This document shows, one piece after another, positions 10,230 to 19,686 of a DNA stretch of 64,000 nt. The notes under the pieces were generated by a model. The model made no database searches, was not told the DNA's origin, and saw nothing but the letters and a program-made list of their open reading frames with translations. Within the stretch, counting starts at the first letter, position 1; each line of letters begins with the position of its first letter. The DNA is from Candidatus Bipolaricaulota bacterium (GTDB lineage Bacteria; Bipolaricaulota; Bipolaricaulia; M55B111). The stretch covers positions 14,652 through 78,651 of the forward strand of contig JAIPHJ010000004.1 in NCBI GenBank assembly GCA_021735245.1, in the 5' to 3' direction. The translations under genes were made by a program, and so were the position numbers.

Positions 10230-10353
10230 TGTGCTCGATAGAGGAGTATTTGAATTTTGGTCTTGGTTCACCCTGACCCCGAAATAACCTAAAGAAACTG
10301 TAAAAGTAGAGTGATATAATAATTGTAATTATTATAACAATCTTAATATTCAT
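10219..10353 (-). CDS. Candidate 44-aa membrane mini-protein (below ORF-track cutoff)
   Basis: ATG at 10353 is preceded by GGAGG (10365-10361) with a 7-nt spacer. The product is MNIKIVIIITIIISLYFYSFFRLFRGQGEPRPKFKYSSIEHNGN, with one hydrophobic helix. Its stop overlaps the ATG at 10229 of the next gene. Confidence 0.45.
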   Translation of the reverse strand: MNIKIVIIITIIISLYFYSFFRLFRGQGEPRPKFKYSSIEHNGN

Positions 10354-10606
10354 TTCAATACCTCCTTCAAATCCGAACTCTCAGAAATCTCCTCCATCAG
10401 ATCGTAAGTGTCCTTCTTTCCCTGAACAAGACCGACAATAGTCTCCTCTCCCTGACTCCGAAAATTAAGCCGCGGATAACTTGTGAAAGCAGTTACTTAT
10501 CGCTTAGCATAATAAGTAAGTGGACCTAGAAAAATATTTAGGTTTCGTCTCCATGCTAATTTCGCTATCGAGAAATCAGAAATGGGGATGTTTCTTTAAA
10601 CAATAG

Positions 10607-11026
10607 GTGATCTACGACCAGATGACGAAAGAACAGGTTGAGGAAAAATTTAACGGCAAACAGGCGAAAACGGCACCAAAACAGCCCTGCGAGGTTGCTC
10701 TCTGGCACGTCCTGCCCTGCATAAGAGCCTGTTTGGCCAGGGAATTAGTCGAAAAGGACCTTACTCAGCAAAGGGTCGCCGATATTCTCGGAATCACGCA
10801 AGCTGCAGTTTCCCAGTATATCGGGAAGAAGCGGGGTAATTTTAGAACCAAGGATAACACCGCCTATAAGATGATCGAAGAACTCGCAGAGGACCTGGAA
10901 AAGGATGCAGTGAACGATTTATCGAAAAGAATATGCCAGATCTGCAGCCAGGTCCAGCAAAGCCCACAACTGCTTAGCTTGTGTGGTGTGCCTGACAGCG
11001 AAGCCGACAGAATTAATATTTGCTAG
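10607..11026 (+). CDS. Helix-turn-helix transcriptional regulator (XRE/COG2522-like) with Cys-rich flanks
   Basis: HTH segment LTQQRVADILGITQAAVSQYIGKKRG. Conserved Cys residues lie N-terminal (C..ALWHVLPC) and C-terminal (CQICSQ...LC). Confidence 0.7.
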   Translation: MIYDQMTKEQVEEKFNGKQAKTAPKQPCEVALWHVLPCIRACLARELVEKDLTQQRVADILGITQAAVSQYIGKKRGNFRTKDNTAYKMIEELAEDLEKDAVNDLSKRICQICSQVQQSPQLLSLCGVPDSEADRINIC

Positions 11027-11159
11027 CCCGGGCCCGGTTAAGTTAAAGAATAGGGCACACAAACCGGTGTCGGTCGGCTATTTACAAAGCCAGGCCATTT
11101 TAATTGGAGTCTTAAGAAAGGCAAGGACGAAACAATTTATAATTATAGTTATAACCGTG

Positions 11160-11188
11160 TTGATAAGTTCCCGGACGCCACATATAAT
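11160..11188 (+). promoter_or_regulatory. Near-consensus sigma70-type promoter of the trp leader
   Basis: TTGATA (11160-11165), an exact 17-nt spacer, then TATAAT (11183-11188). This lies about 25 nt upstream of the leader-peptide ATG. Confidence 0.55.
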
Positions 11189-11213
11189 GATTCAAACTTA
11201 TAGAGGGTAAATA

Positions 11214-11303
11214 ATGAAGACCATAAAAATCAGTCCGGAGGTGATTTCGGCAGATAGCAATAATCCTTCCAGCAATAGTATTTCCTGGCTCTGGATAGTT
11301 TAG
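11214..11303 (+). CDS. trp operon leader peptide candidate (29 aa, Trp-Leu-Trp near C-terminus)
   Basis: ATG at 11214 with an AGAGGG SD-like element upstream. The product is MKTIKISPEVISADSNNPSSNSISWLWIV. The TGG codons are at 11286-88 and 11292-94. The stop codon lies inside the following stem. Confidence 0.55.
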   Translation: MKTIKISPEVISADSNNPSSNSISWLWIV

Positions 11304-11338
11304 AGTTCCGCGGGCCTGGATAATGCGAACTCTAAACT
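11296..11338 (+). promoter_or_regulatory. Leader stem overlapping the leader-peptide stop codon
   Basis: gtttagagttc (11298-11308) pairs perfectly with gaactctaaac (11327-11337), giving an 11-bp stem that is extendable by A-U and G-U pairs. A ribosome stalled at the Trp codons would occlude its 5' arm. Confidence 0.5.
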
Positions 11339-11345
11339 GGTTAAC

Positions 11346-11379
11346 GCTATGGGTGTTTCCCATAGTTTTTTTTATTTTT
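11346..11379 (+). terminator. Intrinsic terminator (attenuator) upstream of trpE
   Basis: Stem gctatggg / cccatag(t) with loop tgttt. It is followed by TTTTTTTT A TTTTT (11366-11379). It lies about 70 nt before trpE. Confidence 0.65.
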
Positions 11380-11447
11380 CAAGAACAGTATTGATTCAAG
11401 AAAGAAACGGAGGTGCAAAATGCAAAAAAATTACGATAATTTAAAGA

Positions 11448-12905
11448 GTGATCGGGTTTGGCTCGCCCGAAGCTAGAAAGGCCACAAGCTCTTACCGTCT
11501 TTTAGACGACTATCTTACCTCAAGCGAATTAAATCAATCCCCAACCCTCAAGCAGCTGAGATGGGAACTCACCGAGCCTTACGCAATCTACAGTCGGTTA
11601 CATTCTCAATTCGAGACGAGCTTTATTCTGGAAAGCTCGGCCGGGCCGGACGAGCTCGCCGAATATACTTTCCTTGGGTTTGATCCTAAGGTCATTCTGA
11701 CTTTATCCAGCGGCCTTTTTAAGGAAAACGGCGAAACCGTCCTTAAGACATCTAATCCTCTCCATCACTTAAAAGAACTGGAAAGAAGGCTTAAGAATTT
11801 CGCTCCTGAGGACTTTAACAGGTACCTGGGCGGCCTGGTCGGGTATACGAGCTACGATTTCGTCAGGTATCTGGAAGACCTCTCGGCTACACCCGGTGAG
11901 AAGAAATTTCCCGACCTCCAGATGGGTCTATTTACCGACGGAATCGTTCATAGCAGAGATAAAGGGACTCTGACCTACTTTTCTTACGGAAAGGACCGCT
12001 CTTCAGAACTAAAGGAACTGACGCGCGCCCCGGGTCAAGAAGGGGGATCGTCCTTCCGAATAAGCGATCTGGAGTCGGACTTCTGCCGGTCGGACTTTAC
12101 CTCAAGCGTGAACGAAGCCAGGGATTACATTTACTCGGGCGATATATACCAGGTCGTGCTCTCGCGCGAACTGACCGGGAAACTCGCAGGAGATCCACTG
12201 GAAGCTTATAAGGAACTCCGAGAAATAAACCCTTCTCCTTATATGTATCATCTGAAATTCGGAGACAGGCGGGTAATTGGCTCCAGCCCGGAAGAACTCG
12301 TTTCCGTCACCGACGACAAAATCAGCACCTACCCTATAGCGGGCACCCGCCCTTTAGGCAACACCCCACAAGAAAGAGAAAAACTGCGAACAGAGTTGAT
12401 TACGGACGATAAGGAGCGAGCTGAACACAATATGTTGGTCGATCTTGCTCGAAACGACGTTGGAAGGGTGGCGAAATACGGCTCGGTGGACGTTCCGGAA
12501 TACATGAAAGTTAAGAAATTTAGCCACGTCCAGCACATAGTTTCTAAAGTTACCGGGAAACTACCCGAAGACAGAACCCTTTTAGAAGCTTTCGCCGCGC
12601 TATTTCCCGCGGGGACGGTTTCGGGGGCCCCGAAAGTAAGGGCGATGGAGTTGATAGACGAACTCGAAATAAATCCCAGGGGACCGTACGCCGGTGCAGT
12701 CGGCTACATCTCTTTTACAGGTGACTTAGATTCCTGCATCACAATTCGCAGCCTCTTCACGAAGGAGAATCAAATCTCCCTCAGAGCCGGTGCCGGGATA
12801 GTCGCGGATTCCGATCCGAAGAAGGAATGGGAAGAAATCAATCATAAACTGGGAGCGCTCAGAGACGCCGTTTCTCCGGGAGGTGGAGGAAGTGAAAATA
12901 ACTAA
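11448..12905 (+). CDS. trpE: Anthranilate synthase component I
   Basis: 485-aa ORF with chorismate-binding family motifs (LSRELTG, GSSPE, YPIAGTRP, AEHNMLVDLARND, GAPKVRAMELIDELE, RGPYAGAVGY). It is the first gene of the trp block. The GTG start has a poor SD and is overlapped by an SD-preceded 18-codon ORF (11420-11476). Confidence 0.9.
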   Translation: MIGFGSPEARKATSSYRLLDDYLTSSELNQSPTLKQLRWELTEPYAIYSRLHSQFETSFILESSAGPDELAEYTFLGFDPKVILTLSSGLFKENGETVLKTSNPLHHLKELERRLKNFAPEDFNRYLGGLVGYTSYDFVRYLEDLSATPGEKKFPDLQMGLFTDGIVHSRDKGTLTYFSYGKDRSSELKELTRAPGQEGGSSFRISDLESDFCRSDFTSSVNEARDYIYSGDIYQVVLSRELTGKLAGDPLEAYKELREINPSPYMYHLKFGDRRVIGSSPEELVSVTDDKISTYPIAGTRPLGNTPQEREKLRTELITDDKERAEHNMLVDLARNDVGRVAKYGSVDVPEYMKVKKFSHVQHIVSKVTGKLPEDRTLLEAFAALFPAGTVSGAPKVRAMELIDELEINPRGPYAGAVGYISFTGDLDSCITIRSLFTKENQISLRAGAGIVADSDPKKEWEEINHKLGALRDAVSPGGGGSENN

Positions 12906-12927
12906 TTCTGAAAAGAGGAGGGTAGTA

Positions 12928-13500
12928 GTGATAGACAACTACGACTCGTTTACTCATAACCTGGTGCAATATTTAGGAGAACTTGACTGCGACCCCCTGG
13001 TATTTCGAAACGACGAGATCGAGCTCGCCGAACTGGAGGAATTACAACCCGGGTCCCTGGTTATTTCTCCGGGACCGGGAACTCCCGAGGATTCTCGCTA
13101 CTTCGGGCTATCCCTTACCGTCCTGAAGGAACTGTCTCCCCGAATTCCCACTCTCGGCGTCTGCCTGGGGCATCAGGGCGTAGCTGCAGCATTTGGGGGA
13201 GAGATAGTCGGTTCCCGGAGACTCTTCCACGGTAAAACCAGCGAAATTCGCCACGACCGTAACGGTATTTTCACCGGAATCCCCGATCCCTTTCCGGCAG
13301 CTCGGTACCATTCGCTTGTCATCAATTCTGATTCTCTTCCCGATGAGCTGGAAGTGACGGCGTGGGGACCGGACGATCAAATAATGGGAATTCGGCACGA
13401 GGAGCACCCAATTTACGGAGTACAGTTCCACCCGGAATCCATCCTGACTCAAAACGGAAAAGACTTACTTAATAACTTTTTGAACCTTTCCCGGAGGTAA
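12928..13500 (+). CDS. trpG: Anthranilate synthase component II (glutamine amidotransferase)
   Basis: IDNYDSFTHNLVQYL, catalytic GVCLGHQ, and HPES at the C-terminus. I prefer the GTG at 12928 (AGGAGG 6 nt upstream). The ORF track starts at 12883. Confidence 0.9.
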   Translation: MIDNYDSFTHNLVQYLGELDCDPLVFRNDEIELAELEELQPGSLVISPGPGTPEDSRYFGLSLTVLKELSPRIPTLGVCLGHQGVAAAFGGEIVGSRRLFHGKTSEIRHDRNGIFTGIPDPFPAARYHSLVINSDSLPDELEVTAWGPDDQIMGIRHEEHPIYGVQFHPESILTQNGKDLLNNFLNLSRR

Positions 13501-13505
13501 ATCCT

Positions 13506-14579
13506 ATGACTCTAATCAAAGAGGCGATAGAACACGTAACCGACCGGAAAGACCTCAATCCGGACCTCGCCCGGGGTGCGATGGACGAATTGATGAGCGG
13601 AGAAAGCTCGGAAACAAATATCGGCGCATTGCTCGCAGGATTAAAATCCAAAGGAGTTTCGGTCGAGGAAATTGCGGCTTTTGCAAACGTAATGAGAAAA
13701 AAGAGTATCAAAATAAACCCAGAATTAGACGAGGACCTGGTGGACATGTGCGGTACGGGCGGCTCGACAGTTAAGACGTTTAATATATCCACAATCAGCG
13801 CCTTCGTAGTCGCCGGAGCGGGATTTCCCGTGGCCAAGCACGGCAACAGGTCAAACACCAGCCAGAGCGGCAGTGCCGACCTGTTAGAATCTCTGGGGGT
13901 CGATCTGAACACAAAACCGGAACAAGTGGAGAAAGCAATTGAAGAAGTGGGTATCGGCTTCCTTTACGCGCCAAACCTGCATCCGGCGATGAAACACGCG
14001 GCAAAGCCGAGAAAAGACCTTGGAATAAGAACCGTATTTAATATACTCGGCCCACTAACTAACCCAGCCTCCGCTTCCCGGCAGTTGCTGGGGGTTTACG
14101 ACCCTGAACTCGTAGAAAAGTTTCCCTCCGTACTGTATAGACTCGGCGTAAGCCGTGCTCTCGTGGTTCACGGGGTGGCCGGTATTGATGAAATATCCAC
14201 TCTGGGAAAGACGTACGTGGGGGAGCTAAACCAGGGCAAAATCGACCACTATTCGTTACGTCCCGGTGATTTCGGCCTTCCGGAAGTAAACCCGGCCGAT
14301 ATAGAGGACCTGGCTCCGGAGAAAAGTGCCCGGCTGGCAATAGATATTATGACGGGTGAAATAAACGGCCCGGCTCGGGATATAGTCCTATTAAACGCCG
14401 GAGCCGGAATTTACGTAGCGGGGGGCGGAAATTCCCTCCGTGAAGGGCTCGAACTCGCCCGGAGGTCAATCGATTCCGGGGCAGCCTACAGGAAAGCCAG
14501 AGACCTGGTAAAAGAAACGGGGACCGCGGACGACCTCAGCGAGATTGAAAAAACTCTGCCACGGGAAGTACCTTTATGA
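13506..14579 (+). CDS. trpD: Anthranilate phosphoribosyltransferase
   Basis: DMCGTGGS, KHGNRSNTSQSGSADLLE and NILGPLTNPA motifs. GGAGG SD upstream. Confidence 0.9.
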   Translation: MTLIKEAIEHVTDRKDLNPDLARGAMDELMSGESSETNIGALLAGLKSKGVSVEEIAAFANVMRKKSIKINPELDEDLVDMCGTGGSTVKTFNISTISAFVVAGAGFPVAKHGNRSNTSQSGSADLLESLGVDLNTKPEQVEKAIEEVGIGFLYAPNLHPAMKHAAKPRKDLGIRTVFNILGPLTNPASASRQLLGVYDPELVEKFPSVLYRLGVSRALVVHGVAGIDEISTLGKTYVGELNQGKIDHYSLRPGDFGLPEVNPADIEDLAPEKSARLAIDIMTGEINGPARDIVLLNAGAGIYVAGGGNSLREGLELARRSIDSGAAYRKARDLVKETGTADDLSEIEKTLPREVPL

Positions 14580-15361
14580 GCGATATACTTGATGAACTAT
14601 CGAGATCTGCTCTCAACCGGGTAAGTTCGGGCTTTTACGATATCGATTCCCGGGAGGGAGAACGGAACCCTGTTTCATTCACGCAGAAAATAAATGCCCG
14701 GGCTTGTGCCCCCGTCATCGGGGAGATAAAACCGGGCTCGCCAACCCGGGGCAAAATATTCGGAGATAAATTCGACCCGGTAGAGCTTGGTAGGAGTTAC
14801 GCTAAAGGGGGCGTCACGGGCTTGTCCGTACTCACTGACCCCGACCATTTCTTCGGTTCACTCGATTACCTGGACCAGGTAGCGAAACTCGACAGGCCGG
14901 TATTAATGAAAGACTTTATCGTAGATTACTCCCAGATCAATGCCGGAAAGGCTTTAGGAGCGGACGCAATATTGCTTATTTACAGGCTATTCACCCGCGG
15001 CGTACCCAATTTTAGTCTCGAATCCGGCATTAACTACGCTCAGGAGCGGGGACTTGAGGTCCTGCTGGAGATAAACGATAGGGCGGAGTACGAATCGGCT
15101 TTGAAAACCGATGCCGACATGATCGGGATCAACAACAGGGATCTACGAAGCCTGGAAGTGGACCTATCAACCACGAGAAATATCCTGTCCGGAGCGGGTA
15201 AGGATCGAATAGTCTGGGCCATGAGCGGAATATCAGGTCGATCCGATATTAATTATTTAAGTGAGGCGGGGGCGGATGTCTTCCTCGTCGGAACCTCTCT
15301 GGCGGAAGCGGAGAACCCGAAAAGATTTCTCAAAAAACTGCGCGGTGGCTTCGATGGTTAA
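14576..15361 (+). CDS. trpC: Indole-3-glycerol-phosphate synthase
   Basis: IGEIKPGSP, LSVLTD, LMKDFI, LLEIND and GINNRDL motifs. ATGA overlap with the trpD stop. Confidence 0.9.
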   Translation: MSDILDELSRSALNRVSSGFYDIDSREGERNPVSFTQKINARACAPVIGEIKPGSPTRGKIFGDKFDPVELGRSYAKGGVTGLSVLTDPDHFFGSLDYLDQVAKLDRPVLMKDFIVDYSQINAGKALGADAILLIYRLFTRGVPNFSLESGINYAQERGLEVLLEINDRAEYESALKTDADMIGINNRDLRSLEVDLSTTRNILSGAGKDRIVWAMSGISGRSDINYLSEAGADVFLVGTSLAEAENPKRFLKKLRGGFDG

Positions 15362-16019
15362 GGTAAAGATATGTGGCAATCAAACCAGCAACGATTTACG
15401 GGTAAGTACAGGGGCTGATGCAGTCGGATTTATCGTAGCCACACCCAAATCACCGAGAAATATTGAGCTAAAAAGGGCAGCCAGACTGGCAAAAGAGACG
15501 CCTCCCTTCACCAGCTCGGTACTGGTGACGAAGGAGGGAAAACCGGAAGTTTTACGTAAACTTTCCGCAAAGGTAAAACCGGATTACCTTCAGTTACACT
15601 CGACCCTAACTTCGGACCGGATAAATGAAATAGCCCGGTCCATACCAAATAATACAGGACTCATTTCACTGGTAACGGTCGAAGGAAATCCGGAGGAGTT
15701 AAAGAATCGCGCCCACGAACTGGCAAATTCGCCGGTAGATGCGGTACTGCTGGACAGCAAGTCGGAAGGTCGGGCAGGAGGAACGGGACAAGTTCACGAC
15801 TGGGATATCAGTCGCGCGATAAGAGATACGGTTCATCCGGCTCCCGTAATTCTGGCCGGGGGCCTCGAACCTGAAAACGTCGGAAAAGCGATAGGGGAGG
15901 TTCGCCCTTACGCCGTAGATGTCGCAACGGGCGTGGAAAAAGACGAGGATAAATCGGATCAAAAGGTAGAACGTTTTATGAAAGAGGTGAATAAAAGTGA
16001 AGTTAAGTCAGTATCCTGA
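15354..16019 (+). CDS. trpF: Phosphoribosylanthranilate isomerase
   Basis: Starts [10 protein letters not shown] at the ATG at 15354, overlapping the trpC stop by 8 nt. [20 protein letters not shown] and LAGGL motifs. The ORF-track start at 15261 is an upstream extension inside trpC. Confidence 0.88.
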   Translation: MVKVKICGNQTSNDLRVSTGADAVGFIVATPKSPRNIELKRAARLAKETPPFTSSVLVTKEGKPEVLRKLSAKVKPDYLQLHSTLTSDRINEIARSIPNNTGLISLVTVEGNPEELKNRAHELANSPVDAVLLDSKSEGRAGGTGQVHDWDISRAIRDTVHPAPVILAGGLEPENVGKAIGEVRPYAVDVATGVEKDEDKSDQKVERFMKEVNKSEVKSVS

Positions 16020-17175
16020 AGCGGGGAAATTCGGGACGTTTGGCGGAAGATACGTGCCAGAAATACTTCACCCGGCACTTGAGGAACTTGAAAACGCTTA
16101 CGAAGAATACAAAGAGGACAGGGATTTCGAAGAAGAGCTTCGAACTTATAACCGGGACTACGGCGGGCGACCATCACCTCTCTATTACGCGGAGCGGCTA
16201 ACGGAAGTTGCCGGAGGGGCGAAGATATACCTCAAGCGGGAAGATTTGATCCACGGGGGCGCTCACAAGTTTAACAACGTAATGGGACAGGCCCTGCTGG
16301 CGAAAAAGATCGGTAAGGAGCGGTTGATCTGTGAAACCGGGGCCGGGCAGCACGGGGTGGCCACCTCGCTCGCAGGAGCAGTTCTGGACCTAAAAACTGA
16401 AGTTTACATGGGAAAGGTCGACGTGGAAAGGCAAAAACCGAACGTATTCCGGATGGAGCTGCTGGGCGCGACGGTTAACGTGGTCGATTCGGGAAGCGCG
16501 ACCTTAAAGGACGCGATAAACGAAGCTCTCCGTGACTGGTCCGGGAACGTGAGCAACACCCACTACCTGATAGGTTCGGTTGTCGGCCCTCACCCTTATC
16601 CGATGATCGTCAGAGACTTCCAGAGGGTGATCGGGGACGAAATCAAAAATCAATTGAAGAAAAAAGAAGGTGAACTTCCCGATCACCTGGTAGCATGTGT
16701 TGGCGGTGGTAGCAACGCCATGGGGACTTTCTACCCCTTCGCGGACGATAAAACCGTAGATCTAACAGGAGTCGAAGCCGGTGGAAACGATGAGGGAAAT
16801 GCTGCAAGCCTTTCCGAGGGGACGGAAGGGGTCCTTCACGGCGCTCGTTCCTACCTTCTACAGGACGATGGAGGGCAAATAACGGAGACTCATTCTATCT
16901 CGGCCGGACTGGACTATCCGGGGGTCGGACCCGAACATGCTCTATACAAGGAAGTCGACCGGGCAAATTACGTTCAAGCTTCCGACGAAGAAGCTCTGAT
17001 CGGCTTCCGGAGGCTGGCCGAAACCGAGGGGATCATACCGGCTCTCGAACCGGCACATGCGATTCATGCCGGGATGGATATTGCCTCAACCATGAAACCC
17101 GAAGAGACACTCGTAATTACCCTGTCCGGCAGAGGGGATAAGGACCTGGATACTGTAAGAGAGAGGTTGTCATGA
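15997..17175 (+). CDS. trpB: Tryptophan synthase beta chain
   Basis: [26 protein letters not shown] (PLP lysine), ETGAGQHG and GGGSNAMG motifs. Confidence 0.92.
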   Translation: MKLSQYPEAGKFGTFGGRYVPEILHPALEELENAYEEYKEDRDFEEELRTYNRDYGGRPSPLYYAERLTEVAGGAKIYLKREDLIHGGAHKFNNVMGQALLAKKIGKERLICETGAGQHGVATSLAGAVLDLKTEVYMGKVDVERQKPNVFRMELLGATVNVVDSGSATLKDAINEALRDWSGNVSNTHYLIGSVVGPHPYPMIVRDFQRVIGDEIKNQLKKKEGELPDHLVACVGGGSNAMGTFYPFADDKTVDLTGVEAGGNDEGNAASLSEGTEGVLHGARSYLLQDDGGQITETHSISAGLDYPGVGPEHALYKEVDRANYVQASDEEALIGFRRLAETEGIIPALEPAHAIHAGMDIASTMKPEETLVITLSGRGDKDLDTVRERLS

Positions 17176-17966
17176 ACGAAATCGCCACCAGAATAAAAGA
17201 AATAAATCGGAAAGACGGTGGAGCATTTATTCCCTACCTGATGGCCGGCGATCCAACTCTCGAGCGATCGTTGGATTACATTCGAGCACTCGCGGCGGGC
17301 GGAGCCGACCTGATCGAACTCGGAGTTCCTTTCTCCGATCCCGTTGCCGATGGCCCAACGATTCAGGCCGCCGGAACCAGAGCCCTGAAGACGACCGATA
17401 GACTGGAGGTGGTATTTGAGCTAGTCGAGAAAGTTAGGGAAGAGATCGAAGTACCGTTAGTACTGATGAGCTATTACAACCCGGTTTTGCAGTTAGGGGA
17501 GACCAAATTCCTGGAGAAGTGCCGGGAAAAGGGAATCGACGGAGTTATTCTGCCGGACCTCCCTCCAGAAGACGGAAACGAGTTCATCCAGTCTGCCGTA
17601 GAAGCATCAGTCGCGACTCCTCTTCTCGCGACACCGGGAACGGATAAAAAAAGGCTAACTGAACTCGCGGAAAAGGCGACGGGTTTTCTATATCTCGTAT
17701 CTCGTCCCGGTACCACCGGGGCAAAAAGCGGGATCGGTAAAATCACCACGGAGGCAATAAAATCAATTAAAACCCGGGTACCCGATGAATTACCGGTCTG
17801 TGTCGGTTTCGGTCTCTCAACGCCCAAAGGGGTCGAGCGGGTCATCCGGGCCGGGGCGGATGGAGCAATTGTTGGCTCGGCCATCGTGAGTCGCGTGGGA
17901 AACGGTGATAAACCGGAAGAGATCGAAAGGTTCGTGGCGGAGTTAAATGAGGGTACCAAATTGTAG
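17172..17966 (+). CDS. trpA: Tryptophan synthase alpha chain
   Basis: [40 protein letters not shown] and VGFGLS motifs. ATGA overlap with trpB. Confidence 0.92.
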   Translation: MNEIATRIKEINRKDGGAFIPYLMAGDPTLERSLDYIRALAAGGADLIELGVPFSDPVADGPTIQAAGTRALKTTDRLEVVFELVEKVREEIEVPLVLMSYYNPVLQLGETKFLEKCREKGIDGVILPDLPPEDGNEFIQSAVEASVATPLLATPGTDKKRLTELAEKATGFLYLVSRPGTTGAKSGIGKITTEAIKSIKTRVPDELPVCVGFGLSTPKGVERVIRAGADGAIVGSAIVSRVGNGDKPEEIERFVAELNEGTKL

Positions 17967-18002
17967 TGTCCGAAATATTATTTAAATTCTCCGGCGGGTC
18001 AA

Positions 18003-18059
18003 CCGGGCCGAGAAAAGGTTTAGTGGTAAAGAGCAACTCAATACCTTTCCTCGGCCCGG
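18003..18059. repeat. Long inverted repeat between convergent trpA and the gltB-like gene
   Basis: ccgggccgagaaaagg (18003-18018) is complementary to cctttcctcggcccgg (18044-18059). That gives 15 of 16 pairs around a 25-nt loop, with no U-tract. It could be a bidirectional transcript end or stabiliser. Confidence 0.45.
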
Positions 18060-18102
18060 CTAAACAGTGAAAAAGAGTTCTAATTCATTTAATATATAGA
18101 GT

Positions 18103-19686
18103 TTACTCCATATTACCTTTTATTATCTCCATCGCCTGATCCTCGTCCGATTCCGTGACGTAATCGATGCCGGTGGCCTCCGCTGCTTCCCGGGTCAGAG
18201 CTACCAGATCGTCCCGGGCGAGATGCTCCAGCGAAAACTTTCTCGCTCCGGCCATAAATTGCTGTAATCCCTGTTCCAGCCGCTTGTAATAAGAATAGAC
18301 TCCCATCGCCGCAGGCGGGAGTTCCGGGAATCGGGAATTGTACTTGGCCTGGAGGTTTGCCGCTTCGATGAATACCTGCTCCAGGTTATCTCCGTACTCA
18401 TTCACCACTTTTCCCTGACCCGAATCTACCATGTTGCCTACGGTCTTGCCGACGTGTGCCGCGGTAATAGGTGCTCGAGCCTGAGACACGGCTTTAACGT
18501 AAGGGCTACCAAGCGCCAGCCCCTTAAAGATCTGATCTTCGAGAGCAAAACCGCCGGCAATAGCTACCGGAGGCACGTATTCACCTTCCCGGTCGAGCTC
18601 TTTTAGATACCTGTGTAACAGTGACTCGAGATATACTGTCGGAATACCCCATTCGTTCATCATCAACCAGGGACTCATACCCGTTCCGCCACCGGCGCCG
18701 TCCACTGTGAGGAGATCGAGCTCCCCTTCCGAGGCGTACCGCACCGCCCGGGCCAGGTCCTTCGGTCGATATGCACCGGTTTTCAGGGAGACGTAATCCG
18801 CTCCTTTTTCCCGCAATTCTCCTACCCTGTTGATAAAAGAGTCCCTGGAGACCATTCCTACCCGAGAGTGTCTTTCGAATTCTTTAAAGTCCCCGTTTTT
18901 GAACGCCTTCTGAACGGTCGGGTTTTCCGGATCCGGCAGAACTATATAACCCCTTTTCTTCAGAGTTTTTGCCCGGGACAGGGAGTCCAGTTTGACCTCT
19001 CCTCCGATATCCTTTGCCCCCTGACCCCACTTTATCTCCGCACCGGCCACTTCAAGCTCCTCGAGGGCGTAATCGTGGACCCCCAGACGACTATCCTCGA
19101 CGTTTGCCTGGACTATCACACCGCCGTACCCGTCCATCTGCCAGTCCCGGTATAGCTTTATCCTCCGTTCCATATCGGGCGACCTTATTATCTCTCCGTT
19201 CTCAATTTTTGAGTCCGGATCCATCGCACACACGTTTTCCCCGATGGTTATCGGCACGCCACTTATCGCCGCCCCGATAGCCAGCCCTTCCCAGTTCTTT
19301 TTGGCGATCTCCGTCGATCCCAGCGCACCGATCAACCAGGGATAGTTGAGTTTTAGACTCCCCTCACGGCCAAGACAAGTCTCGAGGTCAACTTTCGGGA
19401 AAATTGCTTCGTCGCTGTCCGCTTTCTGTCCTTTTGCTCCCACTGTCGTTCCAAGGACGTTAAAATGAGAAAAGTCCACCGGGTACTCTTTCTCCGCTCC
19501 CACCGTGATATCGCCAAACGGTTCGGGATAGACTTTTTCCGAAGACCGATAGGCGGACTTGCCAACCTCACAGAACCCGGGGCAACCGTCAAGACAGTCC
19601 ACACAAAGTCCACTCAAAGAGGAGTGGCTTTTACTCCGAAGATCAGTGTCAGTCGCAGCACTGGCGTTAGAATTTGATAAAGACAT
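18103..19686 (-). CDS. FMN-binding glutamate-synthase-family protein (GltB domain-2-like) with N-terminal Cys cluster
   Basis: 527-aa ORF. N-terminal CVDCLDGCPGFCEVGKS. GltS FMN-domain signatures DGAGGGTGMSPW and IAGGFA. Confidence 0.8.
   Translation of the reverse strand: MSLSNSNASAATDTDLRSKSHSSLSGLCVDCLDGCPGFCEVGKSAYRSSEKVYPEPFGDITVGAEKEYPVDFSHFNVLGTTVGAKGQKADSDEAIFPKVDLETCLGREGSLKLNYPWLIGALGSTEIAKKNWEGLAIGAAISGVPITIGENVCAMDPDSKIENGEIIRSPDMERRIKLYRDWQMDGYGGVIVQANVEDSRLGVHDYALEELEVAGAEIKWGQGAKDIGGEVKLDSLSRAKTLKKRGYIVLPDPENPTVQKAFKNGDFKEFERHSRVGMVSRDSFINRVGELREKGADYVSLKTGAYRPKDLARAVRYASEGELDLLTVDGAGGGTGMSPWLMMNEWGIPTVYLESLLHRYLKELDREGEYVPPVAIAGGFALEDQIFKGLALGSPYVKAVSQARAPITAAHVGKTVGNMVDSGQGKVVNEYGDNLEQVFIEAANLQAKYNSRFPELPPAAMGVYSYYKRLEQGLQQFMAGARKFSLEHLARDDLVALTREAAEATGIDYVTESDEDQAMEIIKGNME

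Noticed and set aside
11040-11447. T-box riboswitch or TRAP-binding (G/U)AG array as the trp operon regulator.
   Set aside because: There is no T-box consensus (AAnnnGGGTGGTACCGCG-like). Only a few scattered TAG/GAG triplets are present, not the 9-11 regularly spaced ones TRAP needs. The leader-peptide model explains the elements better.
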